A stretch of DNA of 64,000 nucleotides from an uncultured Chloroflexia bacterium (GTDB lineage Bacteria; Chloroflexota; Anaerolineae; JAAYZQ01). Made by a program: the position numbers and the translations under genes. The number at the start of each line of letters is the position of its first letter. Position 1 is the stretch's first letter. The stretch covers positions 1,632,001 through 1,696,000 of the forward strand of contig CAVOXA010000010.1 in the NCBI GenBank assembly GCA_963700285.1, read 5' to 3'. This document shows positions 34,969 through 44,439 of this stretch, in pieces. The notes below the pieces were generated by a model, which worked only from the letters and a program-made list of their open reading frames with translations, made no database searches and was not told where the DNA came from.

Positions 34969-37900
34969 GTGAGATCTAGCCTGGTTCTGCTATGCCTGCT
35001 AGTGGCAATTGGCTTGTTTGGGGCTGAATCTGCGGCAACGGTCCACCGGGTCGGGTCCAGCCCGCTTGTTGAGGCCCAGGTGGAGCGGCTGCCTTCTGGC
35101 TCGGATCCCCTCCGTCTGTGGCGGGATGAGGACGGGGACCTATGGGTCGCGACCTCATTCTATGAGTGGAACATCACCGGTGGAGATCGTATCACGGTCT
35201 TTGACGGGGGCCAGAGGTATGATTGGGTCCCCGACCCCAAACAGGAGGCAAGTGATAGGGTCGTCGACGCCTTGTTTCTGTCCCCGGCAGACGGCGTGCC
35301 CATTGCTGGCCGCATCGTCTATGATCTGTCTGACGAAGCGGTGGTCTATCTTGAACGCAGTGCCCCGGACGCTGAGGGTCTGGAGCTGGCCTTTCGCGCC
35401 AGCGACGGCATAATCCGGATGACACATCGTTGGCGAGGCAAGGATGCGCCGGTCGAGGTCAGCCAGAAGCCGATAGCACTGACCATGGATCGGACCTCAT
35501 TGCAGGACCTAAGTGGTTCGTTCGCCGCGGGCCGGAGAACTGGGGCAAGGTCCTACAGGCATGCTGGTCGCTATGCAGCCGATTCGGGACAGGGCTACAG
35601 CATGCTGACAGCCGAAGGACAGACGCCGGGCCCCCTGCCACCCGATGAGCCTACCTGTCCTTCAATGCCCAACCCCACATCGCCCTCGGCCTACGATCCC
35701 TGCCGTTTCCCCCACTTTTTTCTGCCAGGAGCTGTGCTGGGCAGCCGCTACCTCTACCTCTATGGTGCGCAGCCGGAGGCGCCGCTTGAGCCGCTCGAGG
35801 CGGTCGTGGCCGCCCTGCAACTGGAGCAGCCTGACCTGGACGCGCTCAACATCGCCCGGTTGCCGCGCTACGACTATGATGCGGCCAAGAACCTGCCCGC
35901 GCCCGGGGATCAGGTCACCTTCGAGGCCCGGGTGGCCAACTATGGGGGGCAGGCCACGGGCGAATTCGCCTATACCTGGTACCTGGATGGCACGCCGGTG
36001 ATGTCAACGAGCCGTCCGAGCCTGGCCCCTGGGGAGACCGCCACGTTGGCCATCAACTGGATCTGGCAGCCCGGCAACCATACCGTGAGCCTGGAACTCG
36101 ATCCAAGTAACCTGATAACGGAGGTCTCTGAGCAGAACAATTCAGTGGAAGACAGGACCAATGCCCTGGCCGTTGGCTTCTGGGTCGAGCAGAGTGTCTA
36201 CGATTATTTCAACCTGCACCAGGTGGAGCTGGGGTTGGGCAGTGTATCGTGGGATGATTGGGCGCAGAGGCAGCTTCGGCTCTGGAACCAGATGATGGCC
36301 GATGCCATCCATCCCCTGACCCCACAGGGTATCCTGGACCGCGTCCGTCTGGACAAAGTCACGGTTGTGCCCGACGGCACCCTGCCCAATCCATATCCCT
36401 CCAACTATCCCGAAACCAGCGACCATACAGTCGACCTGATGTGGGGTTTCCCCTCAGAGCTGGTAGGGGTGCCCAGTACCCATCCTCAGTACGGCCCTCT
36501 CTATCTGGACTATCCCGCGGCGTGCAACTTTGAGCCCAGCCTGTTGCATGAGATGAGCCATGCCCGCTACCTGATAGACCTGTACGGCCTGAACCTTGGC
36601 TTCAGTACGACCCATTTGGCGAGCGCGATAGACAGCACAGCCACCACGGTGCCGGTAGACGGAAACGTCGAGGACAACTACGGCTGGCCCGTGCCGACTT
36701 ACCTGGCGGTCGAAGGAGAGTTGATTGTCTGTCAGGCAAAAGGAACCTACTCTTTCACACCCTGCACGCGGGGAGCTGAGGGCACGACACCGCGATCCCA
36801 TGGCGAGGGCGCGATTGTCAACCTGGCCGCGGTGCGACTGCAGGATGGAGCGGGCAACCTGGTCATGGCTGGACCCGACATGCCGCTGGTCAGCATCTAC
36901 GACGATCATCTATACTACAACCGCTACCCCGACGACCTGATGAACTCAGGGGTGGTCTACGAGCAGTATTCTGCCTATGCCTGGAACAGAATTGCCGGCC
37001 GGCGTCCCATCTGCGGGAACTATAACGCCCCATGCAACATCGGCGAATACGCCAATGACCTGCCCCAACACATCATCTTGACCATCCGCGATGACAACGA
37101 ACAACCCGTACCGGACGCCGCGGTGGAGGTCTACCAGGCCAAGCCGGGCACCGGCTGGTACGCCAAGCTCTATCTCAATGCTCCTGATGCTGCGTACCAG
37201 ACGGATGCGCAGGGGAACGTAGATCTGGGGAGCTTTCCCTTTGGTTCTGCACCGCCCATCGTTCACACCTACGGCCACAGCAACGCCCTCCTCTTGCTCA
37301 AGATCACCCATGGTTCTGGGCCCGAATATCGTTTCTTTGAGGTGACTGTGCCCAACGAGACCTACTGGGGGATGCTAGGGCAAGTGAGCGACGGCACTGG
37401 GGCGGACTTCGCCCCGGCTCTGGTCCGGGCCGGAATGGCCGAGCTTCTCAGCATCTGGGAGCAGGAAGGCACGCTGTGGACCGCCCGCAGCATAAACTGG
37501 GGCGCCACTTGGTCAGCCGCCACACAGTTGGAGGGCTGCTGCCATTATGATCCAGCCCTTGCTCAGCTAGCTGACGACAGCCTGGCGCTCGTCTACCGGT
37601 GGAATGATGACATCTGGTTCCGCACAAGCACTGACGGCGGCCTGAACTGGTCGTCGCCTGTTCGGGTCACCGACCATCCGGCACTGGATCAGGACCCGGA
37701 CATAGCCCCAATGGCGGATGGTTCGCTCTGGATCGTCTGGCAGTCACTAAGAGACGGGCATGACGGCATCTGGTACAGCAGGAGCACCGATGGCGGCAGT
37801 TTGTGGTCACCGCCAGCCGAGATTCCCAACGATGCGGATTGGCAGGGCGACCCATCCATCGTCCAGGCCAGTGATGGCACGATCTGGGTCGTCTGGTTCC

Positions 37901-40626
37901 GAGCATATGGACTGGCCTACAGTGCGACCGCGAACGGAGGCCAGGACTGGACACCGCCGGCGTTTCTGGATGCAGGCGGGCCCATCGGCTCACCGAGCAT
38001 CCGGCGCGCTGTCGATGGCACCCTATGGCTCGCCTACAAGGTCGTGTACCTCATGGCCGATCGATGGCGCTCGCACATCTACTACCAGACCAGCACTGAC
38101 AACGGGAGTACCTGGTCCGGGCCACAACAGTACACCTACTTTGTCGGAGACAACAGCGGCCCGGCATTGGCCCCCATGGACACGCGCATGGGCCTGGCCT
38201 GGGATTCCACCCGGGCCAACAACTATGACATCTGGTTCGGCGTGTTTGGCGAGCGCGAGGATGTCAGCCCGCCGCCGTTTGTGAGTAGCGTCGAGCGCGA
38301 GCCCACCGATCCGGCACCGGCCGAGTTGGTGACCTTCCGGGCCAGTGCAGAAGATGAGACGGCGGTGAGCAGCGTCCACCTGGTCTGGGAACTGAATGGC
38401 GCCCCGCAGGCAGACGTGGAGATGTATGACGACGGCGCCCACGGCGATGACGGCCCTGGAGACGGCCGGTATGGGGTACAACTGGGACCTTTTGCCCAGG
38501 GTGACGAAGTGAGCTATACCGTCAGGGCCGGCGATGGGGACGGCAATACCTACACCCATTCTCCGTGGGAGACGTTTCGGGCCATCGAGCCTTTTGTCAA
38601 GACGGCGAATCTTCTGTTCGTGCCGGACCGCGACGGCGAAAGCACGGACTGGCTCCGCCCCTACTTTTCTGATACCCTGGACGATCTGGGCTATGGCTAT
38701 GACGTGTGGGACACGGGGCTGCGAGGTGCACCGGATAGCCCCACCCTGAACCAGTACGTGGATGGGGTCGTGATCTGGGCCGCCCCGGACTATGGCCTCT
38801 TCCGGGAAAACGACGTACAGGATGATCTGGCAGCCTACCTGGATGCCGGGGGCAGGCTGTTTATCACCGGTCAGGACATCGGCTACTATGAAGGCGCCTC
38901 AGCCTTCTATCAGGATTACCTCCATGCCACCTACGTCCAGGACAACACCGGCATCTGGACCCTGAGCGGGACCGGCGGCGATCCCATTGGTGATGGGCTT
39001 GGCCTCACCATTTCGGGTGGAGACGGGGCGGACAATCAGGATTGGCCGGACGAGATTGACCCTGTCAGCCCGGCTGTGACTGTCTTGACCTACGACAGCA
39101 CAGCGCTGCAGGCACCCGATGCAGAAGGCGAAACCCGGCCAGAACTGTCTGGACGAACAGGGGACGATAGACGACCCTCGTCCCGTGCCGGGTCGGCCGG
39201 GACCGCCAGCCCGCTGGGAACTGCTTCCTCGGGGACCGCAGGCCTGCGGGTGGATACCGGCACCTACAAGGTCGTCTACTTTTCCTTCGGCTTTGAGGCC
39301 ATCAACAGCGCCGCCGACCGCAGCACGACCATGGAGCGGGTGTTGGACTGGCTCAGCACCGATACGGCCTCTCACAGCCTGGTGTCCGACTGGACGCTTC
39401 TGGCGCCCAACGTGGCCACCGATCCTCCCACCGATGCCCAGTCAGCCCGGTTTGAGGTGGCCGCCCAGGGGGGCAGCGCCCTGCAACTCTGCGCCTGGCT
39501 CGCGGACACCCAGAATTGGTTGTGCTACGATGGGGATCCGCCTGCCAACAACTTCCCCATCGAGCTGGGCCAGGGCTACTTCCTCCAGCTGGTCCGGGCC
39601 AGCACCTGGCAGCGCACGGGAGATGCCCCGGGCAGCCCCGTGCCGGTGGATATCAGACCTACCTGGACGCTGATGGGCATGCCCAAACTGCCGGGGCCCA
39701 TGACAGCCGAGAGCCTGCTCGACGAGGCCACGGGCCAGGGTGGGGCCTGCTCCGAACTCTATCGCTGGCAAGCCGGCGGATGGGTCGGGCACATCCGGAA
39801 TCTGCCCTTCAACGACTTTGGCCTGACCAACAATGAAGGCTACTTTGCCCGGTGCGCGAATCCTATCACCTACACGCCCGGCGCGGGTACCTCGCAGGCG
39901 CAAGCGGCTGGCTGGCCGGCCCCCGTGGAGCCGGAGGCCCTGGCTCCCATCGATGATCCTGTCCTCTCTGACGTGCTGGTGACCAACCTGCGCGACGTCG
40001 CCCTGAGCATCACCTGGCGGACAGACCAGCCCAGCACCGGTTGGGTCGAGTATGCACCGTGCCAGGACTGCCAGTCCTATCGTGCCGACGACGATCTGGG
40101 GGAGGGGACGGTTTCGCAGGTGCACCACGTGACGCTGACCGGGCTGGCGCCCGAGACCACCTACTCCTTTCGTGTGCACTCGGGCTACTCGGTGGACGAC
40201 AACGACGGGGCGCTCTATCAGGTCACGACCAAAGAGACCGGCATGCCGCCGATCCCCTACCTGGCCTACGGTCAGGTGGAGACGGTTGACGGGACGCCAG
40301 AGGCTGGCGTGCCAGCTGTGGGCGCGTTGGTACGGATGTGGCTGGTAGATGGGGATGGCAAGCCGTCCGACCCGCTGTCGACGCTGGTCGACGGCTATGG
40401 CTACTGGTCCCTGAACCTTCGTTCAGGTACGGACCTGCCCACGCAGAACTGTGACAAAGTGGCGTTGAGACTGGAGGTCGTCGGCCCAATGGGTAGCGAG
40501 GCCGGCTGGGTCCAGAATGCGTGTGATGTGCTGCCTGCATCAAGGATAATGCTACTGGGGGAGAGCACCATCCGCCTATACCTGCCCACAATCCTGCGAC
40601 CGTCTCCAAAGTCCTACAGCCGCTGA
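34969..40626 (+). CDS. 1885-aa secreted protein: CARDB, M6-like zinc metallopeptidase, BNR propeller, MYDDG and alpha/beta domains, shared cassette
   Basis: Signal peptide; LDPSNLITEVSEQNN (CARDB); LLHEMSHARYLIDLY; Asp-boxes; cassette from 39373; tail LYLPTILRPSPKSYSR. Confidence 0.85.
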   Translation: MRSSLVLLCLLVAIGLFGAESAATVHRVGSSPLVEAQVERLPSGSDPLRLWRDEDGDLWVATSFYEWNITGGDRITVFDGGQRYDWVPDPKQEASDRVVDALFLSPADGVPIAGRIVYDLSDEAVVYLERSAPDAEGLELAFRASDGIIRMTHRWRGKDAPVEVSQKPIALTMDRTSLQDLSGSFAAGRRTGARSYRHAGRYAADSGQGYSMLTAEGQTPGPLPPDEPTCPSMPNPTSPSAYDPCRFPHFFLPGAVLGSRYLYLYGAQPEAPLEPLEAVVAALQLEQPDLDALNIARLPRYDYDAAKNLPAPGDQVTFEARVANYGGQATGEFAYTWYLDGTPVMSTSRPSLAPGETATLAINWIWQPGNHTVSLELDPSNLITEVSEQNNSVEDRTNALAVGFWVEQSVYDYFNLHQVELGLGSVSWDDWAQRQLRLWNQMMADAIHPLTPQGILDRVRLDKVTVVPDGTLPNPYPSNYPETSDHTVDLMWGFPSELVGVPSTHPQYGPLYLDYPAACNFEPSLLHEMSHARYLIDLYGLNLGFSTTHLASAIDSTATTVPVDGNVEDNYGWPVPTYLAVEGELIVCQAKGTYSFTPCTRGAEGTTPRSHGEGAIVNLAAVRLQDGAGNLVMAGPDMPLVSIYDDHLYYNRYPDDLMNSGVVYEQYSAYAWNRIAGRRPICGNYNAPCNIGEYANDLPQHIILTIRDDNEQPVPDAAVEVYQAKPGTGWYAKLYLNAPDAAYQTDAQGNVDLGSFPFGSAPPIVHTYGHSNALLLLKITHGSGPEYRFFEVTVPNETYWGMLGQVSDGTGADFAPALVRAGMAELLSIWEQEGTLWTARSINWGATWSAATQLEGCCHYDPALAQLADDSLALVYRWNDDIWFRTSTDGGLNWSSPVRVTDHPALDQDPDIAPMADGSLWIVWQSLRDGHDGIWYSRSTDGGSLWSPPAEIPNDADWQGDPSIVQASDGTIWVVWFRAYGLAYSATANGGQDWTPPAFLDAGGPIGSPSIRRAVDGTLWLAYKVVYLMADRWRSHIYYQTSTDNGSTWSGPQQYTYFVGDNSGPALAPMDTRMGLAWDSTRANNYDIWFGVFGEREDVSPPPFVSSVEREPTDPAPAELVTFRASAEDETAVSSVHLVWELNGAPQADVEMYDDGAHGDDGPGDGRYGVQLGPFAQGDEVSYTVRAGDGDGNTYTHSPWETFRAIEPFVKTANLLFVPDRDGESTDWLRPYFSDTLDDLGYGYDVWDTGLRGAPDSPTLNQYVDGVVIWAAPDYGLFRENDVQDDLAAYLDAGGRLFITGQDIGYYEGASAFYQDYLHATYVQDNTGIWTLSGTGGDPIGDGLGLTISGGDGADNQDWPDEIDPVSPAVTVLTYDSTALQAPDAEGETRPELSGRTGDDRRPSSRAGSAGTASPLGTASSGTAGLRVDTGTYKVVYFSFGFEAINSAADRSTTMERVLDWLSTDTASHSLVSDWTLLAPNVATDPPTDAQSARFEVAAQGGSALQLCAWLADTQNWLCYDGDPPANNFPIELGQGYFLQLVRASTWQRTGDAPGSPVPVDIRPTWTLMGMPKLPGPMTAESLLDEATGQGGACSELYRWQAGGWVGHIRNLPFNDFGLTNNEGYFARCANPITYTPGAGTSQAQAAGWPAPVEPEALAPIDDPVLSDVLVTNLRDVALSITWRTDQPSTGWVEYAPCQDCQSYRADDDLGEGTVSQVHHVTLTGLAPETTYSFRVHSGYSVDDNDGALYQVTTKETGMPPIPYLAYGQVETVDGTPEAGVPAVGALVRMWLVDGDGKPSDPLSTLVDGYGYWSLNLRSGTDLPTQNCDKVALRLEVVGPMGSEAGWVQNACDVLPASRIMLLGESTIRLYLPTILRPSPKSYSR

Positions 40627-40634
40627 ATCCCAAA

Positions 40635-40667
40635 AGAGGACCCCGGTCAGAGCTGGCCGGGGTTCTT
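40635..40667 (+). terminator. Hairpin after the 1885-aa gene
   Basis: AGAGGACCCCGGTCAG / CTGGCCGGGGTTCTT stem with G-U pairs. Confidence 0.55.
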
Positions 40668-40761
40668 GATGGGACGCATCCCTTCGCTCCGTCGCCACCA
40701 ACTTGCTGCCTGGATCCCTCACAATCCCCTTTCGTCTGCGTGCCTAGAGATTTCCCCCAGT

Positions 40762-40789
40762 TTGACAAGGGACAGAAGGCAGCTATACT
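40762..40789 (+). promoter_or_regulatory. Putative promoter of the radical SAM gene
   Basis: TTGACA-N16-TATACT. Confidence 0.6.
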
Positions 40790-40857
40790 CTGGTCAGCTC
40801 CAGCCATCGATAACCATTCCGCAAAGCCGGGATGGTTTCGGGAAGCAGAAACAGACC

Positions 40858-42347
40858 ATGCGTATACTGACGCTGAATCCGCCTTTCCATGCCCGATACT
40901 CTCGCTCCCAGCGCAGCCCGGCTGTGGTCAAGAGTGGGGTGGTCTATTACCCCATCTGGCTGGCCTATGCCACCGGCGTGCTGGAGCAGAGTGGGTTCGA
41001 GGTCAAGCTACTGGACGCGCCGGCTGCCGGCCACGATCTGCAAGACGTGCTGCAGCTGGCGGACGAGTTCCAGCCGCGACTGGTGGTCATCGATACCAGC
41101 ACGCCCAGCATCTACAACGACGTCGAAGTGGCTGAGGCGATCAAGGGCCGCAAACCCGATACCTTCATCCTGCTGGTAGGCCCCCACGTCACGGCCCTGC
41201 CGGAGGAGAGCCTGGGCATCAGCCCCTCCATCGATGCCGTCGCCCGCGGGGAATACGACCACACGGTGCGCGATGTCGCCCGCGTGCTGGCGGGCGGCGG
41301 AGACCTGGCCACCGTTCCTGGGCTGAGCTATCGCCATCGCAGCGGCGACTGGTGCACAACCCGGACCGGCCTCCCATCCAGGACCTGGATGCCCTGCCCT
41401 TTGTCAGCGAGGTGTACAAACGCCATCTGCGCATCGAGGACTATTTCTACTCCATCGCCCGCTACCCAGAGGTGACCATCGTCACCGGCCGGGGCTGTCC
41501 CTACCGCTGCACCTACTGCCTCTGGCCGCAGACGATCACCGGCCACGAATACCGCCGCCGAAGCGTGGCCAACGTCGCCGACGAGTTCGAGTTCATCGCC
41601 CAGGCGTTTCCCCAGGCCAAAGAGATCTTTATCGAGGACGACACCCTGACCGTGGACCAGGAGCGCTGCATTGCCCTGGCCCAGGAATTGATCCAACGCG
41701 GCAACCGCCTGCCCTTCACCGCCAACTCGCGGGCCAACGTGAGCTTCGAAACCCTATCCTGGCTGAAGCGGGCCGGATTGCGCCTCCTGTGCGTCGGCTT
41801 TGAAAGCGGCGACCAAGGGGTGCTGAACGCCATGCGCAAGGGCATCAAGGTGGAGCAGTTCTACCGCTTCCGGGAGGATGCCCGGCGCGCCGGCGTGCTG
41901 GTCCACGGCTGCTTCATGGCTGGCGGCCCGGGCGAGACGCACGAGACGCTGGCCCAGACGCTGGACCTGGCCAAGGCGCTGGACCCCGATACGGCCCAGT
42001 TCTTCCCCCTGATGGTCTATCCGGGCACCGAGGCCTACGAGTGGGCCCAGCGCAGCGGCTACCTGACCACCGACGATTTTCGCCAATGGCTGACGCCTGA
42101 GGGCCTGCACCGTACCGTGGTGAGCCAGCCCGAGCTCACAGCCGAGGACCTGGTGGCCTGGTGCGACCAGGCCCGTCGCTCCTTCTACCTGCGGCCGCGC
42201 TACATCGCGGCCAAGGCATGGGAGATGGTGGCCCATCCCGCCGAAGCGGGCCGGATCCTCAGGGCGGCCCGCACCTTCATCAAGTACCTGTTACGTCCCT
42301 CACTGCGATCTGGACCAGAGGATGTGGCACAACGGAAAGCAGTCTGA
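40858..42347 (+). CDS. B12-binding radical SAM protein (HpnJ-like), frameshift ~41350
   Basis: YYPIWLAYA...DTSTPSIYND...VGPHVTALP B12-binding domain; GRGCPYRCTYCLWPQ; FIEDDTLT; VGFESG; YPGT. Confidence 0.88.
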
Positions 42348-42364
42348 TCTCAAAAGAGGTGAAA

Positions 42365-44052
42365 ATGACGCGCAAACGGTTCTTGATCGGCATCTTTCGG
42401 GTCCAGGTAGCGACCATCATCTTTATGCTGCCCGCTTTCGTCCCTGTAGGGCTGGGGAACCTTGGCCTGGAGGCGCAGGGTTGTCCCCCTGTGGCCAATA
42501 CCCCCTCTTTCAGCATAGCCTACGGCCCTGTCCAACTGGATGGGGCTCAGGCCCCGGTGGGTACCATCGTCGAGGTGATCAGCCCTCGGGACGACGTGGT
42601 GGGCTGCATTGAGGTGAGTGCCGCTGGCAGCTACGGTGCCATGTACGTCTATGGTGAGGACACCTCGGTCAGCCCGCCGATACCCGGCATGAGGGCGGGC
42701 GAGACCGCTACCTTCCGCGTGGATGGGTACACGGCCACCGCCACACCCGAACTCCTGTGGCAAAATGACCGTGAACTCCACCAGATAGAGCTCACGGCCC
42801 AGACGCCGGACCCGGTCGAGATCGCGCTCTCGCCTGGCTTGAACCTGGTCCCCTGGCGGCTGGAGCCACCGCCCAACGTCCAAGGAGCCCTGGCCGAGAT
42901 CGCAGCCCAGGGTGGCCAGGCGCCAGAAGCTTACCGCTGGCTGAGCAAAGTGGACACCTGGGAGGGACACGTTCTGGGCAAGCCCTTCAACAACTTTGCG
43001 CTGGCGTTGGGCCAAAGCTATTTTGTCAAGGCCACGTCGGCCAGCACCTGGCAGCCCCCGGGGCAGCAGCCTGCCGGCCCGGTACCGGTCCAGATTGACC
43101 CCACCTGGACGCTGATCGGCCTGCCCGTTTTGCCCGGCCCGATGACGGCCCGTGGTCTGCTGGACGAGGCCACGGCTCAGGGTGGCGCGTGCACCGAGAT
43201 CTACCGCTGGGACGGCCAGGGAGACTGGGACGGCCACCTCAGTGGCCTGCCGGCGTACGACTTTGACCTGACGGATCGAGGAGGGCTACTTTCTCAAGTG
43301 TGCCAACGCCATCACCTATACGCCGGGAGCGGGTACCCAGCAGCAGGCGCCGTCTGCCCAACCGGCGCCCGTCGAGCTGGAAGCCCTGGAGCCCGTGCTC
43401 GGATCCCGTCATCTCTGACGTCCTGGTCACCAACCGTCGGGATGTGGTCTTCAGTCTCACCTGGCGCACCGACCGGCCCAGCACTGGCTGGCTGGAGTAC
43501 GCGAAAGACCTGACAGGTTTTCAAAACCTGTCAGGTCTGGGGGCACACGACGACCTGGGCGAGGGCACCGCCTCCCGGGTCCACCAGGTCACCCTCACCG
43601 GCCTGGCACCGGAGACAACCTACTACTTCCGCGTCCATTCGGGCGAGGCAGTAGACGACAACGATGGCGCACTGTACCAGGTGACCACCAGGGCCACGGA
43701 ACTGCCACCGGCACCCTTCCTGGCCTATGGGCAGGTGGAGACTTCCGAGGGTGCGCCAGCCGTGGCTACCTTGGTACGGGCCTGGCTGGTGGACAACGCA
43801 GGCGACGCGTCGGAGCCATTCTTGACTTTGGTCGACGGCTATGGTTACTGGAGCCTGAACCTGCCTATAGAGGCTTGTGAAGGGCTGCAGCTCAAGCTGG
43901 AGGCCATCGGCCAGCGGGGCAGCGATGTGCAACTGATCCAGCCGGCCTGCGAGGTGCAGCCGGCGGTCACGATTAAGCTGCCCGCAGAGAGCCCCACCGA
44001 GGAGACCCCCATGGAGACGTACCTGCCCATGATCCTGCGCGGATCTCCCTAG
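42365..44052 (+). CDS. Secreted protein: small beta domain plus the shared C-terminal cassette (frameshifts ~43275-43390)
   Basis: GAGGTG RBS; signal peptide; YGPVQLDGAQAPVGTIVEV...GSYG...PGMRAGETATFRVDG; cassette from 42821; tail TYLPMILRGSP. Confidence 0.78.
43506..43538. repeat. Perfect 33-bp REP-type palindrome inserted in-frame in a CDS
   Basis: AGACCTGACAGGTTTT-C-AAAACCTGTCAGGTCT, translated as (K)DLTGFQNLSGL. Confidence 0.92.
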
Positions 44053-44079
44053 CCACGCGACCGGCGGGTTTCGTCAAGT

Positions 44080-44111
44080 GAGAACCCCGGTCGGGCAAGC
44101 CCGGGGTTCTC
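44080..44111 (+). terminator. Hairpin after the 42365-44052 gene
   Basis: GAGAACCCCGG...CCGGGGTTCTC. Confidence 0.5.
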
Positions 44112-44141
44112 TTGCTGCCGGCGTCCGACTTCTGACCAGCT

Positions 44142-44170
44142 TTGCGCGGATCTGGGCCTTCAGGTATAAT
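44142..44170 (+). promoter_or_regulatory. Putative promoter of the glycan operon
   Basis: TTGCGC-N17-TATAAT. Confidence 0.55.
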
Positions 44171-44439
44171 GGCTCGGCACGTCCGGCTACCCTGGCCTTT
44201 TGGGTATGGTCCATGGGGTTGCGATCGTTGATGTTCCGTCGTCTCACAGTCGAGCTGGCAGGTGGATGGCGGCGCCATTCGTTTGGGCTACACTTGGCTA
44301 CCGCCCTCGTCCTCTCGGTGGCTGGCTACTGGCGGAATCCACTGCAGGCGACACCAGCCGCGGCGAACGTCCTGCCCAGAGGCCTGCTGGACGGCCCTGT
44401 CTGTTGGCAAATACCGTGATTTCTGGAGAAGCCTGCATC

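Noticed and set aside
24721-44052. Near-identical repeats as a possible diversity-generating retroelement (TR/VR)
   Set aside because: No reverse transcriptase in the window. The differences I inspected involve all bases, often at synonymous positions (e.g. GTGCAGGTGAGT vs GTGCAAGTGAGC), rather than being adenine-specific.
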